Origin: Candidatus Latescibacterota bacterium
GTDB lineage: Bacteria > Latescibacterota > UBA2968 > UBA8231
DNA length: 64,000 nucleotides
NCBI GenBank assembly: GCA_965203175.1
Contig: OZ241867.1
Location: 5,248,001-5,312,000 of the forward strand
Reading direction: 5' to 3'
The position numbers and the translations under genes are program-made. Every line of letters starts with the position of its first letter. Position 1 is the first letter of the stretch. The notes below the pieces were generated by a model, which made no database searches, had not been told where the DNA came from, and was given only the letters and a program-made list of their open reading frames with translations. Positions 9,853 through 19,574 of this stretch are shown here, piece after piece.

Positions 9853-10854
9853 CTATTTTTCGCAGACGGCGACTCCGATGTGGCGGTAAATACCGTCTTG
9901 ATCAACCTGTATTGTGCCATCGCCCGCGCCGTAGATATTGCCTTGGTCGCGGGCCGAATAATAGAGCAAATAGCGGTCGCCATCTGCGAGGACGCACGGC
10001 GTTGAAGTGTAGCGGCCGTCAAAGTGATTGGGATGGCGTGTGGCTGGGAAGGCCGAGCGCTCAAAATGGTGCTTCCAGTGCAGGCCGTCGGCCGAGGTCG
10101 AGGCGTAAATTTCGAAAATGCCGTCCGCTATGTGGCAGCCGTACCACATGGTATAGGCACCGTTGTTTTCTAGGACATAGGGATAGACGATACTCCTGTG
10201 GGTTTCATTGGCCACGACCGCTGGTTCTGCATCGCGGCTCCAGTGCAGACCATCTTCTGAGGTGAAGCGGTAGATGTGGCGAGCCATGGCGCGAAAATCA
10301 TCGTCTGCCGCCGGCGCAGAATTCATCCACATACGGTAACGGCCCGGACCATCCTTGAGCACACAGGGGCGGCGACCGCTCGGGTAGAGCGGCTCGGGGT
10401 GAACTTCCCAGCGCCGGCCATCCGGACTGATGGCATAACCAAGCATCTGCCGCATAAGAGGACCTTTACTGGTGGTGCCGAGGCGCTGACTCATCACGAA
10501 CCACATCTTGTACAGACCTTCGTCAGCATCAAAGAGGACGTGCGGTGTCTGCCACGCTTGGCCCACAGGGGTCTCGCCCGTGCGCAGAATGGGATTGTCG
10601 GGGAAGGCCGTCCAGTGCAGGCCGTCCTCTGATTCGGCATAGCCCAGATCCATGTCGTCGTTGCGCGTGGCACTGCTGTTGCCCAGATACCACATCTCGT
10701 ACCGGCCATCGACTTTGATCACCGTGGGATTGTAGAGCGTCACCCGGCACCAAGTCTGCTCTGTCGTCATAGTCGAGAGCACGGGCTGGGACGACCGCTG
10801 CCAAGCTAATTCGTTGAGAAATGCATCCGCCATTTTACCGTCCAGAATCGTCAC
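9853..10854 (-). CDS. Five-bladed beta-propeller glycoside hydrolase-like protein (GH43/32/130-like)
   Basis: Repeated P.V......Y.MWY...GYA.S.DGLHW blades. Confidence 0.7.
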   Translation of the reverse strand: MTILDGKMADAFLNELAWQRSSQPVLSTMTTEQTWCRVTLYNPTVIKVDGRYEMWYLGNSSATRNDDMDLGYAESEDGLHWTAFPDNPILRTGETPVGQAWQTPHVLFDADEGLYKMWFVMSQRLGTTSKGPLMRQMLGYAISPDGRRWEVHPEPLYPSGRRPCVLKDGPGRYRMWMNSAPAADDDFRAMARHIYRFTSEDGLHWSRDAEPAVVANETHRSIVYPYVLENNGAYTMWYGCHIADGIFEIYASTSADGLHWKHHFERSAFPATRHPNHFDGRYTSTPCVLADGDRYLLYYSARDQGNIYGAGDGTIQVDQDGIYRHIGVAVCEK

Positions 10855-11855
10855 TCGCCGATCATGGCAGCAGTAAGACGATCTATGAGCGCATCGTCGG
10901 CTGGCAGCAGACCAGAGGCCGGCAAACGCCGCAGTAAGTCGGCCCAGCGGTCGTACTGCGCCTGCGCCCGTTGCAGATAGGGCACCGCTTCTTCTTCGCG
11001 GCCCTCAGAAGCCAAGGTCACCCCCACCCAAAACGGAGCCTCGCCGCCCGTTGCCTCATCGGGCACCAGTTCGGTCGCTGCGCGGTAGGCATCCATGGCC
11101 GCCTCCATGTCCCCCGCAGTCACCCATTCGTCGCCCTCGTTGAGCTTGTGATAGGCCCGCGCCAGACGCACCAAGCGGCGCAGTTCCTCCACCGGCTCGG
11201 GATGATCTTCCACGCGCAGGTCGAACACGCGATCAACCCACGGCCTACCCGTATCTTCGGCAGAAACCACGAGGATGGCCGCCGATTGCCGACCGCGCAG
11301 GTCGCCTCCCTCGGCCTCAGCAACTTCCAAGGCCACGAGCAGCCGCTCTGCCAGATCGCCTGCGGCATTTTCATAGGCGTGTGCCATAGCCGGCCACACG
11401 CTGTCTTGGTCCATCAGGTTCGCCTGAACGCTGTACTGGGCACCGGTCTGATGGCCAGCAGCGACAATGGCCCGCTCGCCCGTATGGACGGCCACGTTCC
11501 CCTCGGCATCTACCATGGCCACTTGCCGCACCACAGCGTCGGCATCCCCTGCGAGCAGAGCGGTGAGCGACGCCTGGGCTGTCTTGCCCATGGCCATCAA
11601 TTCAAGGCCAAGCGGACCGTAAGCCGGATCAACAAGAGATTGAGTGGCCACAGCGCCGACGCCGGGATGGGCCCAAGGAACGATGGGACCAACGGAAAAC
11701 CAGTGGGACTGAACGGCGACGCCGAGTTGACCGCTGAGGGAGTCGCGGGCGACGATGGAATAGGTGGCCACAGGTCGCCGCCAGTCAGGTGCGTCGGCCG
11801 CGACTAGCTGTGCCGTAGTGAAAATTAGGATGAGTAGGCGCATGATTCCTCCCAA
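10851..11855 (-). CDS. DUF1028 (Ntn-hydrolase-like) protein with C-terminal TPR
   Basis: TYSIVARD...LGVAVQS, GAVATQ, GGDLRGRQSAA, DLRVEDHPEP; TPR-like helices at the C-terminus. True start may be a few codons downstream. Confidence 0.85.
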   Translation of the reverse strand: MGGIMRLLILIFTTAQLVAADAPDWRRPVATYSIVARDSLSGQLGVAVQSHWFSVGPIVPWAHPGVGAVATQSLVDPAYGPLGLELMAMGKTAQASLTALLAGDADAVVRQVAMVDAEGNVAVHTGERAIVAAGHQTGAQYSVQANLMDQDSVWPAMAHAYENAAGDLAERLLVALEVAEAEGGDLRGRQSAAILVVSAEDTGRPWVDRVFDLRVEDHPEPVEELRRLVRLARAYHKLNEGDEWVTAGDMEAAMDAYRAATELVPDEATGGEAPFWVGVTLASEGREEEAVPYLQRAQAQYDRWADLLRRLPASGLLPADDALIDRLTAAMIGE

Positions 11856-11872
11856 GTGTCGATGGATGGGAA

Positions 11873-13609
11873 TTAACCTTTCTTGTCCTTTGCCAACGGC
11901 CCGGTCGGTGCTTCCTTGCTGTAGAGCGTTGACCCGCGTTCGTACGACACTCTCACCTCGCCATTGGCCACGTCCAGTCGCGGCACGTTACTGTTGAACA
12001 CATCGCGGTCCGGGCCGCGCATCACCGCCAACTGGGCATCGCTCATCCCCTCGACCAATTCGCCCCAGCGGTTTTCCGGGTGGGCCATCTCGCCGCCGCT
12101 GCGGTTGAAGTTGCGCGACGAATACTTGATCAGGATGCCTCGCCGCGCAATCTCGCTCTTCCAAGCCAACGCTCCGTGCGTCGTACCGCCGTCGCCGAAG
12201 AACAGCACGTCGCCGGCCTGCATTTCAACGTGTTTAACCAGCCCCATATCGCGGTCGCAGGTCCGCACGCCGGGGGGCAATTTGTAGTACGCCTTGTGGC
12301 TGCCCGGCACACAGGCAAAACCCCCGTCGCCCGCCCGCACATCCCTGAGCTGCCAAGTCACGGTAATCGCCTCGCAATAGCTGCGGCCGTTGTGGTACAC
12401 ATAGCCGCGACCGGGGTTGAGCGGCTCGTTGGCGTCGTGCAGCGCGTGGCCGCTGGTTCCCTTGACCGAGACAAAACCCGTCGCTCCGCCCATCCGCCCA
12501 CCACTGCCACCCATCCAATTCAGCCGGTGCTCGACCGCCGGATGCGCGACCATCCGCCGGAACGGTTCGCAATACGGCTGGGGCAAGTCCAGCAGTCCAT
12601 TCAACAGAGGCCGCCCAGTTCCCGCCAGACTTTTAGACCCCCGCGCTAACTCTTCGCCGACTACGATCCGTTCCTCAAAACGGTCCACTGCCTCGTTGGC
12701 TGCGGCCAACCACTCCTCGTCCATCACCCCACGCAAGACCAGATAGCCGTTGAGATCCCAAAAGTAAAACTCCCGGTAGTCAATGTCGCTGTCGGGATCT
12801 ACCTGCAAAAGCGACGGATGAAAGACCCCGGAATCCATCCGCGTCGTCTTGCCATCGGTCACAATCGTCGGCGGCGGAGTCGTGGCTTGGTAGCCCGGCT
12901 TGTAGAGCGAGGCCCGCTGCACCTCACTCAATTCGGCGTGCCACTCCGGGCGCGGCTCTGCTTCGGTCTTCGGCCCCGTCCCCGCGCTGCGGATCACGCC
13001 GCGTCCTGCGAATTCGTAACTCAACAGCCTCCCCTGCCACGGTCGCATCCCCTGCACTGTCGCCAGCGCCACAATCAGCAAATCCCCCGCCTTGAGCGCC
13101 GGCTGCAAGGTAAGCCCCATATCGTCGGCCCCTGTCGCCACCTCCTCTGGCGTCGCCACATTGCCCTTGTGGCTGCACGGCACCAGCACAAAACCGCCGT
13201 CCCCCTCCTCCACATCCTCCAGCGCCCACAGCACCCGCACCCCCTCGCTGAAGCGCCGCCCGTTCTGGAAGTAGTACGCAATGGCAGGGTCCCGAGGCTC
13301 GTTGCCGCCGACCAGCGGCGCACTCGTATCGCAGGTCTCTTCACACCAGACTTCTGGTGCGCGGTCGAGGATAAACCCCTGGCCGACGAGCTGGTTGAGA
13401 TACCACACCAGCGCCGGATGCACCAACAGGTCGCGGAATGGCTCCCGCGCCTTTCCCGGCCAACCCAACATCCCCTCCGTCGCCCCCATGGCGTCGATCT
13501 CCCTATTGAGCCGCTCGACCTCCGGCCGAGTCAACGTCCCCGGCACGTGCAAATACCCAGCCACGTCGAAACAGTAATTCTCTTCATTGGTCATCACTTC
13601 ACGGTCCAT
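11873..13609 (-). CDS. Tandem phytanoyl-CoA dioxygenase (PhyH)-family Fe(II)/2OG protein
   Basis: Two homologous halves, each with FD/WD..GYL...PFR...HP...GDGGF..VP.SHK...AGD. Confidence 0.85.
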   Translation of the reverse strand: MDREVMTNEENYCFDVAGYLHVPGTLTRPEVERLNREIDAMGATEGMLGWPGKAREPFRDLLVHPALVWYLNQLVGQGFILDRAPEVWCEETCDTSAPLVGGNEPRDPAIAYYFQNGRRFSEGVRVLWALEDVEEGDGGFVLVPCSHKGNVATPEEVATGADDMGLTLQPALKAGDLLIVALATVQGMRPWQGRLLSYEFAGRGVIRSAGTGPKTEAEPRPEWHAELSEVQRASLYKPGYQATTPPPTIVTDGKTTRMDSGVFHPSLLQVDPDSDIDYREFYFWDLNGYLVLRGVMDEEWLAAANEAVDRFEERIVVGEELARGSKSLAGTGRPLLNGLLDLPQPYCEPFRRMVAHPAVEHRLNWMGGSGGRMGGATGFVSVKGTSGHALHDANEPLNPGRGYVYHNGRSYCEAITVTWQLRDVRAGDGGFACVPGSHKAYYKLPPGVRTCDRDMGLVKHVEMQAGDVLFFGDGGTTHGALAWKSEIARRGILIKYSSRNFNRSGGEMAHPENRWGELVEGMSDAQLAVMRGPDRDVFNSNVPRLDVANGEVRVSYERGSTLYSKEAPTGPLAKDKKG

Positions 13610-13637
13610 TGGACACCTCCTTTGTCCGATGTGGTGT

Positions 13638-13943
13638 TTAGGCGGCTACGGAATCGCTGACCTCAACTGCAAGGCGCAACCCCAACTCGCGAAGAACTGC
13701 GGTCAGACTTAAGAGTTGGGGATTACCTTGGTCGGACAGCATTCGATACATCGACTCGCGATTGAGCTGAGCGCCCTCTGCGAGTCGCTTCATGCCGTGG
13801 GCTTCGGCTACATCACGCAGCGCAAGGAGAAACACATCAGGGGAGCCATCCTCAAGAGCAGCAGTCAAATACGCAGCCGCTTCGCTGGGATCTCTGAGAT
13901 CCTCAAGTAGCCCTTCTTTATATGGGCGAGATGCTTTGCTCAT
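13638..13943 (-). CDS. Putative addiction-module antidote protein (HI1420-like HTH antitoxin), no intact toxin
   Basis: LRDPSEAAAYLTAALEDG...LALRDVAEAHGMKRLAEGAQLNRESMYRMLSDQGNP is the signature of this family. Confidence 0.85.
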   Translation of the reverse strand: MSKASRPYKEGLLEDLRDPSEAAAYLTAALEDGSPDVFLLALRDVAEAHGMKRLAEGAQLNRESMYRMLSDQGNPQLLSLTAVLRELGLRLAVEVSDSVAA

Positions 13944-13956
13944 AATGACCTTTTTC

Positions 13957-13977
13957 TTTAGTGCCACCGCAAAGCAA
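13957..13977 (-). pseudogene. Possible remnant of the cognate RelE/HigB-like (HI1419-like) killer gene
   Basis: Reads LLCGGTK directly upstream of the antidote; the killer family carries a conserved LLCGGDK near its C-terminus. Confidence 0.45.
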
Positions 13978-13979
13978 CG

Positions 13980-13995
13980 GTAGCCGAAAAGCTAC
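13980..13995. promoter_or_regulatory. Palindromic operator candidate for the antitoxin
   Basis: GTAGC-CGAAAA-GCTAC inverted repeat just upstream of the antidote gene. Confidence 0.5.
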
Positions 13996-14081
13996 AACGC
14001 CGCAAGGATAGCTAATGACAATAATGGACGCTACCCTACCGACGCGATATATTGCCCTGTCCATCAACAGGAGAACACGCC

Positions 14082-15425
14082 ATGGCTCTGACCCCTTGGA
14101 TCCGCATCGGCCAGCCCTTAGAGGCGGTCATGTCCGACTACGAGCGCATCTTTGACGCCTGGGAACAAGGCGGCATTCGCGGCCTTGTCTTTGGCCGCCT
14201 GGTCTTTGCCGACGAGCAGGGCCAGTCTACCATCCCCGCGTTCAAGGGCGATCCCGCGCCCTACCAAAAGCGCGGCCTCAAAGCCGAACTGCGCGACGTA
14301 CCCCTGCAACCCGACAAGGAAAAGCTCCTACACGCCATGCTGGCCGACGCCAAAAATCGCGGCTGGACCGTGATGATCTTCGCGCCCGCCTCCGGCACCA
14401 TTGCCGCCGAGGGTCTGCCGCTGGAGGAGGACCCCTACGGCACTCAGGCACACGCCGCATCTTGGGAGGACATCTTCGCGGCTTTCCCAGAAGCCGACGG
14501 CGGTATTGTCGATGGCTGGACCGAGTCGCCCTACGAGCTGACGTACCACCACGGCAACGCGGTTTTCCGCCCGCTCAACGACGGCCAGCGCCGAGAGGCA
14601 ACGGCTAGAGGCTACGACGCTGAACGCTTGGAGCAGGGCCGCCAGCACTTGCACCAGCGCTTCCAGAGCTTCACGCCCGCCGAAGTGGACTACTATGGCG
14701 ATTACGGCGTACTCTCGGAGATGAACCTCTTCGACATCAACGAAGACGCGCTCTACTGGCTGCGCTGGCGCCGCGAAGACGGCATCCGCCAAGGCCGCGC
14801 CTTCCGCCAAGCCATAGACGAGTTGCCGCGCCAACTGCTCTTGGGCAATGGCCCGCGCTCGGCTGTGTTTTCCGGCATGACTGCGCTCGACTTCCACGCC
14901 TGGGGTCAGATCGTGGATTTGCTCCTAGTCAAGCACTACTTCTGGCATCGCGGCTTTGACGGGATGTACGGCACAGTCGCCCGCTGGGTACAGCAGATTC
15001 AGGAGTGGAATCCGGTGTTGAGCGAGGCGCGGTGCTGGACGGTGCTTCGCGCTTGGCTCGGCATCCGCCTGCCCGAGGTGGAGTGTCTAGCCGATATGGA
15101 GTTGGGATTTCCGCAGGCGTTTTTCGACGAGGTGGTACAGGAAGAGACGCGCCGCGCCATTGCCGCAGTCGGCGACCCGCAAAAGATCCTGCCCTGGGTC
15201 GATACCGGGCGCATGCCCCACGGCGGCGACCCCATGACCTCCGGCGATCTCTACCGCATCCTCCAAGCTTCAGAAGAAGTCGGACTACAGCGCTTCCTCT
15301 TCCACAACCACGCCCACCTGACCGCAGCCGAATGGGCAGTCATCTCGCGGATGTGCGGCACGGCGTGGGACGAAAATCCGGACGGCTACTGGCCCCCGGC
15401 GACGCCCAAACCTTCGACGTTCTGA
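14082..15425 (+). CDS. Conserved-looking hypothetical protein (possible TIM-barrel hydrolase-like)
   Basis: Long ORF with genome-typical codon usage and RBS AGGAG before ATG 14082; no motif recognised with confidence. Confidence 0.7.
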   Translation: MALTPWIRIGQPLEAVMSDYERIFDAWEQGGIRGLVFGRLVFADEQGQSTIPAFKGDPAPYQKRGLKAELRDVPLQPDKEKLLHAMLADAKNRGWTVMIFAPASGTIAAEGLPLEEDPYGTQAHAASWEDIFAAFPEADGGIVDGWTESPYELTYHHGNAVFRPLNDGQRREATARGYDAERLEQGRQHLHQRFQSFTPAEVDYYGDYGVLSEMNLFDINEDALYWLRWRREDGIRQGRAFRQAIDELPRQLLLGNGPRSAVFSGMTALDFHAWGQIVDLLLVKHYFWHRGFDGMYGTVARWVQQIQEWNPVLSEARCWTVLRAWLGIRLPEVECLADMELGFPQAFFDEVVQEETRRAIAAVGDPQKILPWVDTGRMPHGGDPMTSGDLYRILQASEEVGLQRFLFHNHAHLTAAEWAVISRMCGTAWDENPDGYWPPATPKPSTF

Positions 15426-15470
15426 GCATCATATAGTGCCTCAGAGACCTTCATCGTCAGATCGTACGCG

Positions 15471-16907
15471 TTACTCTTCCAAACACCATTCATACGGACC
15501 GGGCCCCGTATAGCTAATCATCTCGGCGATCTGCCCGCGCATTGACGCAATCCGCTCCTGACAATCAGGACGGCCAGCCACGTTTTTCATTTCACCCGGA
15601 TCGGCATCCAAGTCGTACAGTTCGTCGATATCGAACCGATTCCAGATATATTTCCAGTTCCCATCGCGGACCATCACATGAGCAGCGAGCTGTTCCGGCT
15701 CTTGCGCGTTGTGATAAATCGCGTCGAGGCTGGCAATCTCGGCGAAGATAGGCCGACGATCAGGTTCCCGTCTGTTCAGAATTGCCTCCGCTACGGAACG
15801 TCCATCAATCGGTGCCGGCGGACTTTCATTTGCGAGGTTGAGTAACGTCGGCATCAGATCGACGCCGGCGAATGGTGCTGCTACCCGGAATCCGCGCGGC
15901 AATTGTTCGGGCCATGAGATCAAACAGGGCACCCGTGCCGACGCTTCGTACATCAAGCATTTCTCCACATAGCCATGATCGCCCAGCAATTCCCCGTGAT
16001 CACTCATGAAGACGACAATCGTATTGTCGAGCAGATCTCGTTCTTCAAGGGCTTTGAGGATGCGCCCGACTTGCGTGTCGATGTGTGTAATGAGGGCGTA
16101 ATAGTACGCCACCATTCGGCGAAATTCCTCGTCAGTTACCTCAGGACGAATGCGGAACTTCCCTCGCGTCTGAAAGTCGGGCTTGCCTTCCAGTGGATCT
16201 CGCAAGGAGTCAGGAAGCGGAATCTGTTCTTCTGGATAGCTCGCCAGAAGCTCCGGTGGCACCAAAATTCTAGGATGCGGATCCTTGACACTCGCAAACA
16301 GAAAGAACGGATCATCATCTTCCTGCCGAATAAATTCCAGACTGCGGTCAACGGTCCAAGTCGTCCGTTGCTGCCGAGGATCCTCAATGGTACCAAACTC
16401 CAAGGTATTTTCGTACAGGGTCATCCCAGGCGCGTCTGAAAGATACAGGTTGGGAACCCCTTCTCGTTTAAAATAATCAAACAGCGGATCTGGATATTCA
16501 CCCAAATAACGATAGGTGCACCAGAAATCCGTGAACCCGTGTTGCGGCAGGTGATCATCGCCCAGATGCCACGGTCCGACAATGCCACAGCGATATCCGG
16601 CCGCTTGCAGCACATCGCCGATTGTAATGCAGTTATCCGGCAGGCAGGAACCGAACTCGCCCTTCCTGCCGGGACCGTAATTCCGCAGTTGCAGGTGGGC
16701 ATGCGGATAAAGACCCGTCAACCAACTCGCGCGCGCCGGCGAACACACCGGAGAAGCGCAGTACGCGTTCTCAAAACAAACGCCATTCGCCGCCAACTGA
16801 TCGAGGTGCGGCGTCTGCACCGTAGGACTACCCGCGAATCCAGCCGCGTCCCATCGCATCTGATCGCACATAATCAGCACTATATTCGGGCGTGAGCTCA
16901 TTATCAT
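15471..16907 (-). CDS. Sulfatase (formylglycine-dependent, Cys type)
   Basis: RPNIVLIMCDQMR, CSPARASWLTG (CxPxR), SDHGELLGDHG, ELYDLDADPGEMKN. Confidence 0.93.
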   Translation of the reverse strand: MIMSSRPNIVLIMCDQMRWDAAGFAGSPTVQTPHLDQLAANGVCFENAYCASPVCSPARASWLTGLYPHAHLQLRNYGPGRKGEFGSCLPDNCITIGDVLQAAGYRCGIVGPWHLGDDHLPQHGFTDFWCTYRYLGEYPDPLFDYFKREGVPNLYLSDAPGMTLYENTLEFGTIEDPRQQRTTWTVDRSLEFIRQEDDDPFFLFASVKDPHPRILVPPELLASYPEEQIPLPDSLRDPLEGKPDFQTRGKFRIRPEVTDEEFRRMVAYYYALITHIDTQVGRILKALEERDLLDNTIVVFMSDHGELLGDHGYVEKCLMYEASARVPCLISWPEQLPRGFRVAAPFAGVDLMPTLLNLANESPPAPIDGRSVAEAILNRREPDRRPIFAEIASLDAIYHNAQEPEQLAAHVMVRDGNWKYIWNRFDIDELYDLDADPGEMKNVAGRPDCQERIASMRGQIAEMISYTGPGPYEWCLEE

Positions 16908-17006
16908 CCTCCGAGTCTCTGGCGTTTACCGGTGCGTATTAGGTATAATAAGGCCGCTCCACGCGGCTAGCGAATCTTCCTCTACACCAATACACAGGAT
17001 CGAATC

Positions 17007-18266
17007 ATGGCCAAAAAACGCGGCAAACAACCTCCCATCCGCGTCGGCGTAGTCGGCGTCTGTCGCGGCCGTTCCTTCATGCAGGCGGCTGCGGCGACCG
17101 GCATGGAACTGGTCGCCATTTGCGACATTTGGGAGGAGCGCCTCATTGCAGAAGGCAAGGCGCTCAACGTGTCCACATTCGTCGATTACGAAGAATTCCT
17201 CGGCTGCGACATGGATGCGGTCGTGCTAGCCAACTACTTCCACCAGCACGCGCCGTTTGCCATCAAAGCGCTCAAAGCCGACAAACACGTAATGAGCGAA
17301 ACCGCAGCCTGCCACACCTTGGGCGAAGGCGTGGCGCTAGCGCGGGCGGTCGAGAAAAGCGGCAAGATTTACATGTTCGCCGAGAACTACCCCTACATGG
17401 TCTTCAATCAAGAGATGAAGCGGCTCTACCAACAGGGCCGCGTCGGCGACTTCAAATACGGCGAAGGCGAGTACGTCCACCCCGACCCACCCGAAGTGAA
17501 ACTGGCGCGCAGTTGCGGGCGCGACCACTGGCGCAACTGGATCCCCGCCACGTACTACTGCACCCATTCCATCGCCCCAGTCATGTACATCACCGACACT
17601 CGGCCCGTAAAAGTAAACGGCTTTGTCATCCCCTTTGACTTCGCGGACCCCACCCAAACGCTGCACATGAACCGCAGTGACACCGCTGCGGTAATCATCT
17701 GCCGGATGGACAACGACGCAGTGATGAAGTCGCTACACGGCGCACTGCGCGGCCACGGCAACTACGTCCGCATCCACGGTAACAAGGGGGTGATGGAAAA
17801 CTGCCGCCACGGCGACAAACAGCGGCTGCGCGTGTGGTACGAGCCGTGGGAAAAGCGCAAGAGCGATCCAGTCGAAACCGTGTACAGTCCCAACTTCCCC
17901 GTGCATCATGGCCTAGCGGTGCGCGCTGGCCACGGCGGCGGCGACTTTTTCACCAGCTACCACTTTGCCGAGGCCATCCGCACCGGCGAGCAACCCTATC
18001 TCGACGTGTACCGCGGCATCGACATGAGCATCGCCGGGATCCAAGCGTGGCGTTCGGCGCTGAACGACTCGGCACCAATGGAAATACCCGACTTCCGCCG
18101 CGAGTCAGTGCGCAAAAAATACGCCAAAGACGACTGGTCGCCCGATCCCGAGCGCAAAAAGAAAGGCCAGCCGCCGAGCAGTATCTTAGGAGCAATCGAA
18201 CCAGACCCCAAGGCGCAAAAACTGGCTCGTAAAGTCTGGGCAGACCAAGGCTATCTGGGCGATTGA
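17007..18266 (+). CDS. Gfo/Idh/MocA family oxidoreductase
   Basis: IRVGVVG...AICD, KHVMSE, MFAENY, EGEYVH, GHGGGDF. Confidence 0.88.
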   Translation: MAKKRGKQPPIRVGVVGVCRGRSFMQAAAATGMELVAICDIWEERLIAEGKALNVSTFVDYEEFLGCDMDAVVLANYFHQHAPFAIKALKADKHVMSETAACHTLGEGVALARAVEKSGKIYMFAENYPYMVFNQEMKRLYQQGRVGDFKYGEGEYVHPDPPEVKLARSCGRDHWRNWIPATYYCTHSIAPVMYITDTRPVKVNGFVIPFDFADPTQTLHMNRSDTAAVIICRMDNDAVMKSLHGALRGHGNYVRIHGNKGVMENCRHGDKQRLRVWYEPWEKRKSDPVETVYSPNFPVHHGLAVRAGHGGGDFFTSYHFAEAIRTGEQPYLDVYRGIDMSIAGIQAWRSALNDSAPMEIPDFRRESVRKKYAKDDWSPDPERKKKGQPPSSILGAIEPDPKAQKLARKVWADQGYLGD

Positions 18267-18270
18267 TTTT

Positions 18271-19512
18271 TCACAAAGCGCTCTTGGGACGCTCTTTGGT
18301 TGGATCAAAGAACGGCACCCGTACCACCTCAGCATCTACAATGCCGTCCTTTGGCAACTGAACCTTCACTTGAGTGCCTCTTCTCCAGTGCGACCGAGGC
18401 ATGACGGCCAGCGCTATGTTCGACTCCACATTCGGCGACCAGAAAGCACTGGTCACGTAGCCTACGTCATCGTCCGAATCGCGGTCCTTAACTAAGTAAA
18501 AGTCCTCGTTGTACCAAGTAATCGGCTCACCGCCGACCTTCAGGCCGACCAGTCGCTGCCCAACCCCTTCTTCCTTAATTCTGGCCAGCGCCTCTTTGCC
18601 AATGAAGTCCCCTTTATCCAAGTCCACCTGCCAGCCAAGCCGGACTTCAAATGGATTATTCTCTATATCCATGTCCTGGCCGTAAGACAAAATTCCCGCC
18701 TCTAGACGACGGACGTGACTGGGGGCGATCACACCCAAGTTGAACTCCTCTCCCTGTTCCAAGATATGCGGCCAAACATCGTCGGCATGGAGCATGGCCC
18801 CGTGCAGGTATATCTCAAACCCAACTTCGGCGGAGAAGCCCGTGCGCGAAATCGTGACCGCATGGCCGTTCAGCGTGTCGTGAATCAGGTGGTAGTATGG
18901 AATTTCCCTGATGTGGGAGCCGAACATCTTCTCCATCAGCAACACGGACTTGGGCCCCTGTATCTGGACTGGAGATACATCAATCTCGTGAATGTCAACG
19001 TCGAACTTGCCTGATGAGTTGACTCCCTGCGCCCAAAGCAGGAGATCCGAGTCGGAAATACTAAACCAGAAGTCATCGTCAGCCACCCGCAGCAACACCG
19101 GATCGTTTATGACGCCGCCGTACTGGTTACACAGAATCACATAACGGGCTTGCATGGTCGGCACTATGGTGTGTACATCGCGGGTGATGAGCATGTTCAC
19201 AAAATCCGCGGCGTCGGGACCCTTGATCTGGATCTGACGCTCGACTGCCACATCCCACATGCTGACATGTTCAGTCAGGTACTTGTACTCCGCAAACAGT
19301 CCTCCATCCTCAGGTTTGACGTACGCGCGCGGATGATACATGTGATTGTACGTCGTATATGCCCAGCAGCCTGCAGCCTTTGACAGATGCCACCACGGAG
19401 ACTTCCTGATGCGGGCAGATATTAACATCTGGGCATCGCTGTTGCCGCTCTGCCGGAGGTTAATCGGCAAGGTACGCCGCTTGAGACCGTCGATTACCAG
19501 AGTTTGTGCCAT
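18271..19512 (-). CDS. Aminomethyltransferase (GcvT) family, DmdA-like demethylase
   Basis: YNHMYHP, MWDVAVERQIQIKGPDA, INDPVLLR, SRTGFSAEVGFEIY, RRLEAGILSYGQD; RBS GGAGG before ATG 19512. Confidence 0.8.
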   Translation of the reverse strand: MAQTLVIDGLKRRTLPINLRQSGNSDAQMLISARIRKSPWWHLSKAAGCWAYTTYNHMYHPRAYVKPEDGGLFAEYKYLTEHVSMWDVAVERQIQIKGPDAADFVNMLITRDVHTIVPTMQARYVILCNQYGGVINDPVLLRVADDDFWFSISDSDLLLWAQGVNSSGKFDVDIHEIDVSPVQIQGPKSVLLMEKMFGSHIREIPYYHLIHDTLNGHAVTISRTGFSAEVGFEIYLHGAMLHADDVWPHILEQGEEFNLGVIAPSHVRRLEAGILSYGQDMDIENNPFEVRLGWQVDLDKGDFIGKEALARIKEEGVGQRLVGLKVGGEPITWYNEDFYLVKDRDSDDDVGYVTSAFWSPNVESNIALAVMPRSHWRRGTQVKVQLPKDGIVDAEVVRVPFFDPTKERPKSAL

Positions 19513-19574
19513 CTGAGAACCTCCAGTTGTTTGGATTTCTATATCAATTCGACGCGACGCAACAAGCAGGGGTT

